DNA of 64,000 bases from Deinococcus sp. (GCA_965261005.1 OZ253375.1:1728001-1792000), one strand, 5' to 3'. Positions 44,338 to 57,079 are shown, numbered from the stretch's first letter. The notes: generated by a model from the letters alone, not told the origin. Made by a program: numbers and translations.

Positions 44338-44858
44338 ATGACCGAGCAAGTCCCGCCCCACGCCCCCACAACCCGCAGACGCGGCGTCAGCTGGCCCGAT
44401 GTGCTGGTGGCCCTCGGTTTGACTTTGCTGGGCGCGCTGCTCTTGTTCGGCACGCGGCGCATCGCCGACTCGGGCATGAACACCGTCGTCGGGCCGCGCG
44501 TCTTTCCGCTGATCGTCAGCTTGGGCCTGAGCGCGCTGGGCGTCATTTTACTGGTGGGCGCGTTGCGCGGCGAGCGGGCCGAACCCGCCCCCGAGGAGGA
44601 CGCCGACCCCGGCGCCCCGGTCAATCTGGGCGCGGGGGCCATTATCCTGGGCGGCTTTCTGATCGGGGCGCTGCTGCTCTCGCCGCTGGGCTTCGTCGTC
44701 GGCACGGCGACCATGTACTTCAGCGTGGCCCTCGCCTTCGGTGAGCGCCGCTTCGCGCTGATGACCCTGGTGTCGCTGCTCGTGGCCCTCGTCACCTACG
44801 TGGTGTTCACGCGCGGGCTGGGGTTAACGTTGCCGCCCGGCATTTTGAAGGGCCTGCT

Positions 44859-44862
<4 letters not shown>
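44338..44862 (+). CDS. tctB: TTT small membrane subunit
   Basis: [15 protein letters not shown]-terminal LGLTLPPG, 4-5 TM segments. Confidence 0.9.
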
Positions 44863-46355
<1,493 letters not shown>

Positions 46356-46414
46356 ACAGAAGCTAAGCCAACCGGCCGATGCGTCCAGCCTTTCCGGTGG
46401 GATAGCCTGATGAG

Positions 46415-48202
46415 ATGTCGCCTGCTCCCTCCTCCCCTCCAAGCAATGGACAAACAGCGCTGGGCGTGCTGTCCCGCTACCTGGGGCCGCTCAAGTTCAA
46501 GGTGGCGCTGCTGGCCGCTTTGCTGCTGGGCAGCATCGGCCTGAACTTGTACCTGCCGCGCCTGATCGCCAGCTTTCTCGACCAGGCCCAGGCGGGTGGG
46601 GCGCTGGGCGGCCTGATCCGCCTCGCCCTCAGCTACATCGGCATCGCCGTGGCGGTGCAACTGCTGTCGGCCGGGGCCACCTACGTCGGCGCGGACGTGG
46701 GCTGGGCGGCCACCAATAAGTTGCGCGCCGACCTCGCCCGCCATTTGCTGGGCCTCGACATGAGCTTTCACAAGGAGCGCACCCCCGGCGAGCTGATCGA
46801 GCGCTTAGACGGCGACGTGACGGCCCTGAGCAACTTCTTCTCGCAGTTCGCGGTGCGGGTCTTCGGGGCGGCCTTGCTGCTGCTGGGCGCCCTGGTGATG
46901 CTCTTTCTGGAGGTGTGGTGGGTGGGGCTGATGGTGACCGGCTTCGCGGCCGTGACCCTCTTTGCCATGAACCGGGTGCGCCGGGTGGGCGTCGGGCCGA
47001 CCCAGCTGGAGCGCGGGGCCAGCGCCAACCTGTTCGGCTTTATCGAGGAGCGGCTGACCGGCTTAGAGGACGTGCGCTCGCTGGGGAGCGGCCCCTACAC
47101 CTTGAATCGCTTCCTGGGGGTGCAGCGCGGCTTCTTCTGGAAGGCCTACCAAGCCTGGATGGCGCGCAGCAGCGTGTGGAAGCTGAGCATGCTGCTGTTC
47201 GCGCTGGGCTACGTGGCGGTCGTGTCCTCCGGGGTGGGGCTGTACCTGGCCGGGACCATCACCCTCGGCACCGTGTTTCTCTTTTACAACTACATGAGCT
47301 CGGTCGAGGAGCCGATCGACCAGCTCACCCAGCAGCTTCAGGATTTGCAAAAGGCCGGGGCCAGCTTGGTGCGGGTCGGGGAGCTGCTCAATTTGAGCAG
47401 CGGCCTTGAGGTGGGCCACGCTCAGCTGCCGGGGGGGCCGCTCAGCGTTGACTTCGAGAACGTCTCCTTTCGCTACGAGGGGGACGGGGGACAGACCGTG
47501 CTGAATGATGTCAGCTTTCAGCTTCCGGCCGGGCGGACGCTGGGCCTGCTGGGCCGCACCGGCAGCGGCAAGACCACGCTGATCCGCTTGCTCTCGCGCC
47601 TCTACGACCCCAGCGCCGGGGCGATCAAGCTGAACGGCCAGCCCACCACCGACCTCGACCTCGCCTCGCTCAGAGGCCGCGTGGCCGTCGTCACCCAGGA
47701 CGTGCAGCTGTTCCAGGCCAGCGTGCGCGACAACCTGACCTTATTTGACCGGGAGATTCCCGGCGCGCGGGTGGCGGCGGCGCTGGCGGAGGTGGGCCTG
47801 GACGGCTGGCTGGCGGGCTTGCCGGAGGGGCTGGACACGCCGCTGCTGGCGAACAGCTTGTCGGCCGGGGAGGCGCAGCTGCTCGCCTTTGCGCGGGTCA
47901 TGTTGCGCGACCCCGGCCTGATCATCCTCGACGAACCCAGCTCGCGCCTCGACCCCGCCACCGAGGCCCGCCTGACCGAGGCCACCCGCCGGCTGCTGAG
48001 CGGCCGGACGGCCATCGTGATCGCGCACCGTTTGGAGACCGTTGCCCGCGCCGACGCCATTTTGGTGCTGGGCGGGGGCGAGGTGCTGGAATATGGCCCC
48101 CGCGCCGAGCTGGCGCAGGACCCCCGCAGCCGCTACGCGCAGCTGCTGCGCGCCGGCGGGGCCGGGCGGCGGGAAGCCGACTTGGACGAGGTGCTGGCGT
48201 GA
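46415..48202 (+). CDS. ABC exporter subunit 1 (TMD plus NBD)
   Basis: GRTGSGKT, degenerate signature LSAGE, ILDE, IAHR. Confidence 0.93.
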   Translation: MSPAPSSPPSNGQTALGVLSRYLGPLKFKVALLAALLLGSIGLNLYLPRLIASFLDQAQAGGALGGLIRLALSYIGIAVAVQLLSAGATYVGADVGWAATNKLRADLARHLLGLDMSFHKERTPGELIERLDGDVTALSNFFSQFAVRVFGAALLLLGALVMLFLEVWWVGLMVTGFAAVTLFAMNRVRRVGVGPTQLERGASANLFGFIEERLTGLEDVRSLGSGPYTLNRFLGVQRGFFWKAYQAWMARSSVWKLSMLLFALGYVAVVSSGVGLYLAGTITLGTVFLFYNYMSSVEEPIDQLTQQLQDLQKAGASLVRVGELLNLSSGLEVGHAQLPGGPLSVDFENVSFRYEGDGGQTVLNDVSFQLPAGRTLGLLGRTGSGKTTLIRLLSRLYDPSAGAIKLNGQPTTDLDLASLRGRVAVVTQDVQLFQASVRDNLTLFDREIPGARVAAALAEVGLDGWLAGLPEGLDTPLLANSLSAGEAQLLAFARVMLRDPGLIILDEPSSRLDPATEARLTEATRRLLSGRTAIVIAHRLETVARADAILVLGGGEVLEYGPRAELAQDPRSRYAQLLRAGGAGRREADLDEVLA

Positions 48203-50019
48203 GCGCTCCCGGCCAGTTCATCCCGGCCCTGACCACCATGGCGCTGATGCGGCGGCTGTTCGCTTACCAACCGGGCCTCTTTCTGATGAACGTGCTGCTG
48301 TGGGGCGCCTTTCACACCCTGCCGGCGCTGTTCAGCTACAGCATCGGCAAGGTCTTCGACGCCCTGGGCAAGTTCGATAAGGCTGGATTCGGTGAGGTCG
48401 GGGCGGCGGGCGCCAGCTTGAGCGCGGTGTGGCTGTTCGTGGGACTGTTCGCCGTGGGGCGGCTGGCGCGCTACGGGGTCTTTTTGTGGGCCTTTCGGCT
48501 GTTCATCCGCGTTTGGTACACCCTGGACGCCTTGGTGCGGCGCAATCTGCTGGGCTACCTGCTGACGGCCAGGGGGGCGCGCCGCCTGCCCGACACGCCC
48601 GCCGAGGCCATCAGCCGCTTTCGCGACGACGTGGAGGACGTGGCCGGCTACACCGAGGTCTGGATTGACGCGGCCGGCTTTCTGCTGTATTCCATCGTCG
48701 CCATCACCTTGATGTGGCGGGTGGACCCCCTGATCACGGTCGTGGTCGTGACGCCGCTCTTGCTGGTGGTGCTGCTGGTGCAGCGCCTCTCGCCGCGCAT
48801 CCGGACGTACCGCCGCCGCATGCGCGAGGCGACCGCCCGCGTGACCGACTTCGTGGGCGAGACCTTTGCGGCCGTGGGCGCCGTGAAGCTGGCCGGCCGC
48901 GAACAGAACATGGTCTCGCACCTCGCCGACCTCGGCGAGACCCGCAAGCGCGCCGCCCTGCGCGACGTGCTGTTGACCGAACTCATCAAGGGCGTCAACA
49001 GCAACATGATCGCCGTCGCCACCGGCTTGGTGCTGTTGCTGGGCGCCGCCCGCTTCCGGGGCGGGGTGCTCACGGTCGGCGACTTCGTGCTGTTCGTGGC
49101 GCTGCTGCCGCGCCTGACCGGCAGCATGGGCTTTTTCGGCGACATGATCGCCCGCCACCGCCGCACCGGCGTCTCCTTCGACCGCATGCGCCGCCTGTTG
49201 CAAGACGCGCCGACGGGACAGGTCGTGGCGCACGCGCCGCTGGCCCTGGAGGAAGGGGACGAGTTGCCCCCCCTGCCGGCCCCAGCCCCGCACGTCCCGC
49301 TGCGCGAGCTGACGGTCTCCGGCCTGACCGCCCTGCACCCCGGCGGCCGGGGCGTGCAAGACATCAGTTTGACGCTCGCGCGCGGCGAGTTCGTGGTCCT
49401 GACCGGGCGCATCGGCAGCGGCAAGACGACCTTGGTGCGCGCCTTGCTGGGCCTGATCCCGGCCGAGGCGGGCGAGTGGCGCTGGAACGGCGAGCGGATC
49501 GAAGACCCCGCCAGCTTCTTCGTTCCGCCGCACAGCGCCTTTACGGCGCAATTGCCGCAGCTGTTTAGCGACAGCCTGCGCGAAAACGTCCTGCTGGGCG
49601 CGGACGAGAGGCGGCTGGACCGCGCGCTGAAGCTTGCCGTGCTGGAACCCGACCTGGCGCAGCTGGAGCGCGGCCTGGAGACGCCGGTGGGAGCGCGCGG
49701 GGTCAAGCTATCGGGCGGTCAGGTGCAGCGCGCCGCCGTCGCGCGCATGCTGGCGCGCGACGCCGACTTGCTGGTCTTTGACGACGTGTCGAGCGCCCTA
49801 GACGCCACCACCGAGGCCCAGCTGTGGACCGGCCTGTTGGGGGCGGGCGCCGGCGAACTCACCTGCTTGGTCGTCTCGCACCGCCGCGCGGCCCTCAGGC
49901 GCGCCGACCGCATTCTGCTGATGGTGGACGGCCAAATCGAGGACCAGGGCACGCTCGACGACTTGCTGACCCGCTCCGCCGAGATGCGCGCCCTGTGGAG
50001 CGATAAGACGCATACCTGA
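48199..50019 (+). CDS. ABC exporter subunit 2 (TMD plus NBD)
   Basis: GRIGSGKT, LSGGQ, degenerate Walker B VFDD, VSHR. GTGA overlap. Confidence 0.93.
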   Translation: MSAPGQFIPALTTMALMRRLFAYQPGLFLMNVLLWGAFHTLPALFSYSIGKVFDALGKFDKAGFGEVGAAGASLSAVWLFVGLFAVGRLARYGVFLWAFRLFIRVWYTLDALVRRNLLGYLLTARGARRLPDTPAEAISRFRDDVEDVAGYTEVWIDAAGFLLYSIVAITLMWRVDPLITVVVVTPLLLVVLLVQRLSPRIRTYRRRMREATARVTDFVGETFAAVGAVKLAGREQNMVSHLADLGETRKRAALRDVLLTELIKGVNSNMIAVATGLVLLLGAARFRGGVLTVGDFVLFVALLPRLTGSMGFFGDMIARHRRTGVSFDRMRRLLQDAPTGQVVAHAPLALEEGDELPPLPAPAPHVPLRELTVSGLTALHPGGRGVQDISLTLARGEFVVLTGRIGSGKTTLVRALLGLIPAEAGEWRWNGERIEDPASFFVPPHSAFTAQLPQLFSDSLRENVLLGADERRLDRALKLAVLEPDLAQLERGLETPVGARGVKLSGGQVQRAAVARMLARDADLLVFDDVSSALDATTEAQLWTGLLGAGAGELTCLVVSHRRAALRRADRILLMVDGQIEDQGTLDDLLTRSAEMRALWSDKTHT

Positions 50020-50044
50020 GCAGCTGTTCAGGTATGCTGAAGGC

Positions 50045-52165
50045 ATGAGCCGCGCGACGGTCGTTCAGCAGCCGGGTCCCGTGTCCCTCGACTACTTTCT
50101 GGAGGGGATGGACTGCCCCAGCTGCGTGCGCAAGATCGAGGGCGCCCTGGAGCGTACCCCCGGCGCGGCCGGCGCCAAAACCAACCTCGCCACCCAGACG
50201 CTCAGCCTGACCCTCGACGAGTCCCGGACGCCCAGGGCCACCTTGGAAAGGAACTTGCGCGCCCTCGGCCACGAGCCGCGTCCGCTGGGCGGGCGGGATC
50301 GGGGGCAAGAGGTCAAGCCGTGGTACGCCGGCCGTCAAGGACGGCTGGTCCTCGGCAGCGGCGCCCTTTTGGCGCTCGCCTTTGGGTTCGGTTTGACCCT
50401 GCCGGCCTTGGCCCCGTGGGGCTACGCCGCCGCGACCCTGTTGGGCGCTTGGCCGCTGGCGCGCAAGGCCTGGGCCGCCGGCCGGGCGGGCGACCCCTTC
50501 AGCATCAACGCGCTGGTGACCCTCGCCGCCCTGGGCGCCCTGCTGATCGGACAAGCCGCCGAGGCCGCCGTGGTGGTGTTTTTGTTCGCGGTGGGCGAGC
50601 TGCTGGAGGGCGTCGCCACCACGCGCGCCCGGGGCGGCGTCCGGGCGCTGGCCGCCTTGGCGCCCAAGACGGCGCGGGCGCTCAGGGGGGAGCGGGTCTT
50701 CGAGCTGCCGGTGGAGGCGCTCAAGGTCGGCGACTTGGTGCGGGTGCAGCCCGGCGACCGCGTGCCCGCCGACGGCACCATTCTGGAGGGCGCCGCTCAC
50801 CTCGACGATTCCCCGGTCACCGGCGAGAGCGTCCCGGTTCACAAGACGGCCGGCGACCCCGTGTACGCGGGCAGCATCGCCGCCGACGGCGTGCTGACCG
50901 TGCGGGTGGAGCGCGAGGCGGGCGACAACACCATCGCGCGCGTCCTGCACCTGGTCGAGGAGGCGGGGGCGAACCGGGCGCCCATCTCGCGCTTCATCGA
51001 CCGCTTTTCGCGCGCCTACACGCCCATTGTGGTGGCCGCCGCCGCCCTGAGCGCGCTGCTGCCCCCGCTGTTCGGCGGAAGCCGGACCGAGTGGCTCTAC
51101 AAGGGGATCACCCTGCTGCTGATCGGCTGCCCCTGCGCCTTGGTCCTGAGCGTGCCGGCCGCCATCACCAGCGGCATCAGCGCGGGCGCGCGGCGCGGCC
51201 TCTTGATCAAGGGCGGGGCCGCGCTGGAGGCCATCGGCGCCGTGAAGACGGTCGCCTTCGACAAGACCGGCACCCTGACCGGAGGGCGTCCCCGCGTGAC
51301 CGAGGTCATCCCACTGCTGGGCGAAGAGGCGGACGTGCTGCGCCTGGCGGCGGCCTTGGAGGGCGGTTCGTCGCACCCGCTGGCCGGGGCCATCCTGGAG
51401 CGGGCGCGGGGGCTAACCTTGCCGGTTGTGTGAGGCGCGCGGGCCATCGCCGGCCAGGCGGTCACGGGCACGCTGGACGGCGAGCCGTACGCCGTCGGCT
51501 CGCCCCGCTACGCGGAAGAGCGGGTGGGACTCGCGCCAGAAGTGCAGGGCCAGATCGAGTCCTTGGAGGCGGAGGGCCACACGGTCGTCGTCCTGACGAA
51601 CAGCCTCGGCCCGCTCGGTTTGATCGCCCTGCGCGACGAGCCGCGCGAAGACGCCCGCGCGGCCGTGGCGGACTTGGGGCGGCTGGGCGTACAGAGCGTG
51701 ATGCTGACGGGGGACAACGCCCGCGCGGGGGCGGCCATCGGGGCGGCGCTCGGCCTCGGCGTGCGGGCCGGTTTGCTGCCGGAAGACAAGCTGCGCCTGA
51801 TCTCGGAGCTGCGGGCGCGCGGCGGGGTGGCGATGGTGGGGGACGGCATCAACGACGCCCCCGCCTTGGCGGCCAGCGACGTGGGCGTCGCGATGGGCGG
51901 CGGCACCGACGTGGCGCTGGAGACGGCCCACATCGCCCTGCTGCGGCCCGGCGTGGCGGGCATGGCGGACTTGGCGCGGCTGTCGCGCGCGACCATGGCG
52001 AACATCCGGCAAAACGTGGCCTTCGCCCTCGGCCTCAAGCTGATCTTTCTGGTGACGACCTTGCTGGGCGTCACGGGGCTGTGGCCCGCCGTCCTGTCCG
52101 ACACCGGCGCCACGGTGCTGGTCACCGCCAACGCCCTGCGCCTGCTGCGCTTCGGGAAGGGCTGA
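50045..52165 (+). pseudogene. Heavy-metal P1B-type ATPase (ZntA/CadA-like) interrupted by an in-frame TGA
   Basis: GMDCPSC, TGES, CPC, DKTGT, HP, then TGA at 51431-51433. The same frame resumes to MLTGD, GDGINDAP and ANALRL. Confidence 0.88.
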
Positions 52166-52171
52166 GCCTGC

Positions 52172-52999
52172 GTGGCCCACTCCCATTCCCACGCGCCCGC
52201 CGACTACGGCCGCGCCTTTGCCGTCGGCGTCGCCCTCAATCTGGGCTTCGTGGTCGTGGAGCTGATCTACGGCTTCCTGTCCGACTCGCTGGCCCTGATC
52301 GCCGACGCCGGCCACAACGCCAGCGACGTGCTGGGGTTGCTGATCGCGTGGGCCGCCTTCGCGCTCTCCAAGCGGCGGCCGAGCGCGCGCTACACCTACG
52401 GATTGCGGCGGTCGAGCATTCTCGCCTCGCTGACCAACGCGGCGCTGCTGCTCGTGGCGGTGGGCATCGCCGTCAACGCGCTCACGGCCGCCCTGTTCGC
52501 CCCCGGGAGGGGGCGCGACCTCAACGTGCGCGGCGCCTTTCAGCACATGGCGGCCGACGCGCTGGTCTCCCTCGGCGTGGTGATCGCCAGCGCGCTGATC
52601 CTGCTGACGGGCTGGGCCTGGCTCGACCCCGCGATCAGTTTGCTGGTGGGCGTCGTGATCCTGGCCAGCACCTGGGGCTTACTGCGTGACAGCCTCAACC
52701 TGGCCCTCGACGCCGTGCCGGCGGGCGTGGACTTGGGGCGGGTGCGCGGCTACCTGGAAGCGCTGCCCGGCGTGAGCGGCGTGCACGATCTGCACGTCTG
52801 GGCCATCAGCACCACCGAGACCGCCCTGACCGCCCACCTGGTCATGCCGGGGGGAGTGCCGGACAGCGCCTTTTACGGGCGCGTGCAGGGCGAGCTGCAC
52901 CACCAGTTCGAGATCGTCCACGCCACCCTGCAAGTCGAGCAGATGCAAGTCGAGCGGGGCGAACACGCCTGCGACCTCGCCGGGGATGAGGTCGTATGA
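52172..52999 (+). CDS. CDF (CzcD-like) metal efflux protein, apparently with an internal deletion
   Basis: HSHSH, ADAGHNASD, YTYGLRR, AFQHMAAD, HDLHVW, HATLQVE. The TM3-TM4 segment looks missing near 52460. Confidence 0.85.
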   Translation: MAHSHSHAPADYGRAFAVGVALNLGFVVVELIYGFLSDSLALIADAGHNASDVLGLLIAWAAFALSKRRPSARYTYGLRRSSILASLTNAALLLVAVGIAVNALTAALFAPGRGRDLNVRGAFQHMAADALVSLGVVIASALILLTGWAWLDPAISLLVGVVILASTWGLLRDSLNLALDAVPAGVDLGRVRGYLEALPGVSGVHDLHVWAISTTETALTAHLVMPGGVPDSAFYGRVQGELHHQFEIVHATLQVEQMQVERGEHACDLAGDEVV

Positions 53000-53364
53000 C
53001 ACAGCTGACTTCGGAGCACGACACCTGCGAGGGCAGCTGCTTTCACCCTGAGGCGGTGGCGCGGGCGAGAGCGGCCGTCCCAAATGACGTCTGCGTGCAG
53101 GAAGCGAGCGCCCTTCTCAAGGCGGTGGCCGACCCCACCCGGCTGCGCCTGCTGTCGGCCCTGTCCGCCGAGGAACTGTGCGTCCACGACCTCGCCTCGG
53201 TGGCCGGGATCAGCCCGTCGGCGGCCAGCCACCAACTGCGCCTGCTGCGCGCCCACCGCTTGGTGGCGCAGCGCAAGGTCGGCCGCACGGTGTATTACCG
53301 CCTGGCCGACCAGCACGTCACCCTGCTGATCGGCAGCGCCGTGGAGCACGCGCGCGAGCGCTGA
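52996..53364 (+). CDS. ArsR/SmtB metalloregulator
   Basis: N-terminal CEGSCFH, ADPTRLRLL, ELCVHDL, SHQLRLL, DQHV...EH. Confidence 0.93.
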   Translation: MTQLTSEHDTCEGSCFHPEAVARARAAVPNDVCVQEASALLKAVADPTRLRLLSALSAEELCVHDLASVAGISPSAASHQLRLLRAHRLVAQRKVGRTVYYRLADQHVTLLIGSAVEHARER

Positions 53365-53496
53365 ATTTGGCGCCACGGCGTTGCCGCCGTATCCAGAGCT
53401 GATATTCTCCCCTGCGTTCGGCGGATCATGTGGCGAGTGTGGCGAACATCGCCGCCCCAGTAAAACGTTGCACGAGGAAGTGTCAAGAGGAACTGT

Positions 53497-53781
53497 ATGG
53501 ACACCGAAGCCCTCCAAGCCATCGCCCAAGATCACCGCGTTCGGCGGCTCGATCTATTCGGCAGCGCCGCTCGGGGTAAGGCGGCGCCGCACGACTACGA
53601 CTTTCTGGTCGAGTTTGAGCCGATGCCGCCGCTGGAGCATGGGCGCCACTACTTTGCGCTGCTTGAAGACCTTCAGCAAGTCCTGAACGCCCCGGTAGAC
53701 CTGATCGAAACCGAGGCCGTACGGAATCCTTATTTTTTACAAGAAGTAGAGCGTGAGCGCGTTTTGATCTATGCCGTTTGA
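53497..53781 (+). CDS. Minimal nucleotidyltransferase (MntA-type antitoxin)
   Basis: LFGSAARG...DYDFLVEF, PVDL, RNPYF. Confidence 0.9.
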   Translation: MDTEALQAIAQDHRVRRLDLFGSAARGKAAPHDYDFLVEFEPMPPLEHGRHYFALLEDLQQVLNAPVDLIETEAVRNPYFLQEVERERVLIYAV

Positions 53782-54115
53782 TTCCCACATGTACGTCCAC
53801 GACATTCTGACGGCTTGTCTGCTGATCGAGGGCTTCACAGCAGGCTTGTCTTATGAGACATACGCTTCAGATGCGCTCCGCGTTTCTGCCGTCGAGCGGC
53901 AGCTGAGCATCATCGGTGAAGCGGTGTCGCAGCTCATCAGGCAAGGGTCAGAGGTGCCAATTTCGGGCGCGCGGCGCATCGTCGGCTTCAGAAACATTCT
54001 GATTCATAATTACGCCCGGGTCAGTCAGGCCGTCGTGTGGACCATTGTGCAACAAGACTTGCCGGTCTTGAAAGCCGAGGCGGCGCGGTGGCTTGAACGA
54101 CAGGAAAAGCCATGA
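53771..54115 (+). CDS. HEPN (DUF86/HepT-type) RNase toxin
   Basis: AVERQLSIIGEA, RNILIHNY (RX4H followed by Tyr). Overlaps the MNT gene. Confidence 0.9.
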   Translation: MPFDSHMYVHDILTACLLIEGFTAGLSYETYASDALRVSAVERQLSIIGEAVSQLIRQGSEVPISGARRIVGFRNILIHNYARVSQAVVWTIVQQDLPVLKAEAARWLERQEKP

Positions 54116-54125
54116 ACCCTCGGCT

Positions 54126-54710
54126 TCAGGCCTTCGGAAGCCAGCCCGGCCGTCCCCGCTCAAAGGCCGCGATCTGCTCTTGCCGCGTCAGGGTCAGGCC
54201 GATGTCGTCGAGGCCCTCCAGCAAGCGCCATTGCGTGAAGTCGTCGAGGGGAAAGGGGAGGTCGAGACCGCCGCCGGAAAAGCGGCGCCCCGCCACGTCA
54301 ACGCTGAGCACCGTTTCCGGCTCGCTGGCCACCAGGGCCAGCAACGCCTCCACCGCCCCCGCCGGCAACTCGACCGTCAACAGCCCGATCTTGGCGCAGT
54401 TGTTTTTAAAGATGTCGGCAAAGGAGGGGGCGACCACCGCCCCAAAGCCGTAGTCCTGAATGGCCCAGGGGGCGTGCTCGCGGCTGGAGCCGCAGCCGAA
54501 GTTGGCCCCGGCGATCAGAATTACCGCGCCCGCGAACTCCCTTTTGTTCAGCACGAACCCCGGGTCCTCGCGCCACTCGCCAAACAGGTAGCGCCCGAAG
54601 CCGCTGCGGCCGATGTGCTTGAGGGCCTCGCTGGGCACGATCTGGTCGGTGTCCACGTCGGCGCGCGGCAACGGCATGGCGCGGCCCACCACCTGCCGGA
54701 CCGGCTTCAC
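54126..54710 (-). CDS. leuD: Isopropylmalate isomerase-type small subunit
   Basis: [38 protein letters not shown]. Confidence 0.9.
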   Translation of the reverse strand: MKPVRQVVGRAMPLPRADVDTDQIVPSEALKHIGRSGFGRYLFGEWREDPGFVLNKREFAGAVILIAGANFGCGSSREHAPWAIQDYGFGAVVAPSFADIFKNNCAKIGLLTVELPAGAVEALLALVASEPETVLSVDVAGRRFSGGGLDLPFPLDDFTQWRLLEGLDDIGLTLTRQEQIAAFERGRPGWLPKA

Positions 54711-56134
54711 GCGGTCTCCAAGATCAGGTCGGCCGGCAGGTCGCTTGGCGTCGCCAAGGTGCCCAGCACGGCGGTCGCGGCGGCGACGGCGGGGCTGACC
54801 AGGTGGGTGCGGCCCCCCTTCCCCTGACGACCCTCGAAGTTGCGGTTGGAGGTGGAGGCGCAGCGCTGGCCCGGCTGGAGGATGTCGGGGTTCATGCCCA
54901 GGCACATGCTGCACCCCGCCGCGCGCCACTCGAAGCCCGCCGCCTTGAAGACACGGTCGAGACCTTCGCGCTCGGCCTGCGCCCGCACCGCCATCGAGCC
55001 GGGCACGACCAGGGCGCGCAAGCCGGGACGGACTTTGCGCCCGCGCAGCACGCCCGCCGCCACCCGCAAGTCCTCGATGCGCGAGTTGGTGCATGACCCG
55101 ATAAAGACCACGTCCACCGCCACGTCGCGCAGCCTCGTGCCGGCCGTGAGGCCCATGTACTCCAGGGCGCGGCGCTGGCCGTCATCCTGGGCTTCCGGCA
55201 CGGTTCCGGCGATGTCCACGACCTGCGCGGGCGTCGTGCCCCACGAGACGTAGGGAACGAGTTCGTCCGCCCGGATCACCACCTCCTTGTCAAAGGTGGC
55301 GCCCTCGTCGCTGTGGAGTTCCCGCCACTCGGCCACGGCGCGCTCCCAATCCTCGCCTCCTGGGGCGAATTCGCGGCCCTTCAGGTAGGCGAAGGTGATC
55401 TCGTCGGGCGCGATCAAACCCGCGCGGGCGCCGCCCTCGATGCTCATGTTGCAGACCGTCATGCGGCCCTCCATGCTCAGCGCGCGAATGGCCTCGCCGC
55501 GGTACTCGATGACGTGGCCCGCGCCGCCGTTCGTGCCGATGCGCCCCAGAATGCCCAGGATTAGGTCCTTGGCGCCCAGTCCCTCCGGCACTTGCCCCTC
55601 GACCGTGACGGCCATGGTCCTCGGGCGGCGCTGCGGCAAGGTCTGGGTCGCCAGCACGTGCTCGACCTCGCTGGTGCCGATGCCGTAAGCGAGCGCCCCG
55701 AAGGCGCCGTGCGTGGCGGTGTGCGAGTCGCCGCACACGATGGTCATGCCCGGCTGCGTGAGGCCTAGTTCCGGCCCGATCACGTGGACGATGCCTTGCC
55801 CCGCGCCGCCCATGCGGTAGAGCGTCACGCCGAAGTCAGCGCAGTTCTGCTCTAGGGCGCCGAGTTGCGCCGCCGACACGCGGTCCTCCAGCTCCTCCAG
55901 CGGCCGGTCCACCCGCTCAGTCGGAACGTTGTGGTCCATGGTCGCGACCGTCAGGTCCGGCCGCCGCACGCCGCGCCCGGCCAGGCGCAGCCCTTCAAAG
56001 GCTTGGGGAGAGGTGACCTCGTGAACCAGGTGCAGGTCTACATACAGCAAATCCGGCTCACCGGGGGCCGCATGAACGACGTGGCGGTCCCAGATTTTCT
56101 CGGCCAGGGTTCTCGGGGATTTCGGGGAAGTCAT
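54707..56134 (-). CDS. leuC: Isopropylmalate isomerase-type large subunit
   Basis: [48 protein letters not shown]. Confidence 0.93.
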   Translation of the reverse strand: MTSPKSPRTLAEKIWDRHVVHAAPGEPDLLYVDLHLVHEVTSPQAFEGLRLAGRGVRRPDLTVATMDHNVPTERVDRPLEELEDRVSAAQLGALEQNCADFGVTLYRMGGAGQGIVHVIGPELGLTQPGMTIVCGDSHTATHGAFGALAYGIGTSEVEHVLATQTLPQRRPRTMAVTVEGQVPEGLGAKDLILGILGRIGTNGGAGHVIEYRGEAIRALSMEGRMTVCNMSIEGGARAGLIAPDEITFAYLKGREFAPGGEDWERAVAEWRELHSDEGATFDKEVVIRADELVPYVSWGTTPAQVVDIAGTVPEAQDDGQRRALEYMGLTAGTRLRDVAVDVVFIGSCTNSRIEDLRVAAGVLRGRKVRPGLRALVVPGSMAVRAQAEREGLDRVFKAAGFEWRAAGCSMCLGMNPDILQPGQRCASTSNRNFEGRQGKGGRTHLVSPAVAAATAVLGTLATPSDLPADLILETA

Positions 56135-56159
56135 TGTTCTCCTTTGGGGGGAGGGGTGC

Positions 56160-56840
56160 TCACAGCACGACCGCCAGGCCGCGCGCATGCAGCCCGCGCC
56201 GCCCGTCGGTCAGGGCGGCGATCAGGCGGTCGCGCGAGCGGCGCAGGTGGGCCTGAACATGTTCACACGCGGCCTCAATGTCGCCCGCCCCCAGCAAATC
56301 GAGCAGGCGCACATGGTCCTCGTGGGCGCGGGCGCGGCCCTCGCCGCCGCGCGCCTCCAGCCAGCGGGCGCGCGACAAACGGACCAGCACGTCCTCCAGC
56401 GCCCGCACCAGGAATTCGTTGCCGGACAGCCGGGCCAGCTCGACGTGAAAGCGGGTGGCCTGGCGCATGTAGTCCTCCAAAGGGACGTTCTCGGCGCCGT
56501 CAAAGCGCGCCCGCAGCCGCGCCACTTCTGCCGGCGTTACCCTTTCCGCGCTCAGCCGCAACGCGCTGACCTCCAGCATCTCGCGGAAGGCAAAGGCCTG
56601 TTCGATCTCGGCGAGGTCCAGGGGCGCCACGCTGGAGCTGCGGCCCGCCTTGCGGACCAGCCCCTCGTGTTCCAGCCGCGCCAGCGCGCCGCGCACGGTG
56701 GTCCGCGAGGTGCCGAACAAGTCGCACAAGCGGCTCTCGGTGAGGGCCTCACCGGGGCGCAACTCCAGGCTCAGGATGGCCTCGCGTAGGCGCCGGTGGG
56801 TCAGAGCGGCGCTGGAATCGGTGACGGCTGTTGGGTCCAA
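56160..56840 (-). CDS. GntR-family (FCD) regulator
   Basis: [47 protein letters not shown] start after AAAGGA. Confidence 0.92.
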   Translation of the reverse strand: MDPTAVTDSSAALTHRRLREAILSLELRPGEALTESRLCDLFGTSRTTVRGALARLEHEGLVRKAGRSSSVAPLDLAEIEQAFAFREMLEVSALRLSAERVTPAEVARLRARFDGAENVPLEDYMRQATRFHVELARLSGNEFLVRALEDVLVRLSRARWLEARGGEGRARAHEDHVRLLDLLGAGDIEAACEHVQAHLRRSRDRLIAALTDGRRGLHARGLAVVL

Positions 56841-56854
56841 GGTTCCGCTTTCCT

Positions 56855-56881
56855 TTCGGTATACCGAATTTGTATACCGAA
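56855..56881. promoter_or_regulatory. Tandem GntR-type operators
   Basis: Palindrome TTCGGTATACCGAA (56855-56868) plus TTTGTATACCGAA (56869-56881). Confidence 0.75.
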
Positions 56882-57005
56882 CTGTACAGCGGGAAGCCGG
56901 AAGCCGCAAGGCACTTCAGAAAAGGGACCGTTCAGGCCAAGGGGGAGCAGATCCACTCGGTTGCCCGGATAGGACATTCGCAGGAGATCTGGCGAACGCG
57001 TCCTC

Positions 57006-57079
57006 ATGGGCGCCGTTCTGCCCAAGATGGGCGCTGTTTTGGCCAAGAAGACGCGGAGCGAGTACAAGAAAATACGGAT
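57006..57079. repeat. 21-bp tandem duplication next to an inverted SRE-like module
   Basis: ATGGGCGCCGTTCTGCCCAAG / ATGGGCGCTGTTTTGGCCAAG. 57053-57079 is the reverse complement of the module at 30777 and 35801. Confidence 0.55.

Noticed and set aside
51431..51433. Selenocysteine or programmed readthrough at the ATPase TGA
   Set aside because: The position is not a Cys site and no convincing SECIS-like hairpin was seen. Nonsense mutation or sequencing error is simpler.
53364..53490. Minus-strand TTGACA and small hairpins upstream of the MNT gene as an sRNA
   Set aside because: No good -10 at proper spacing and no terminator.
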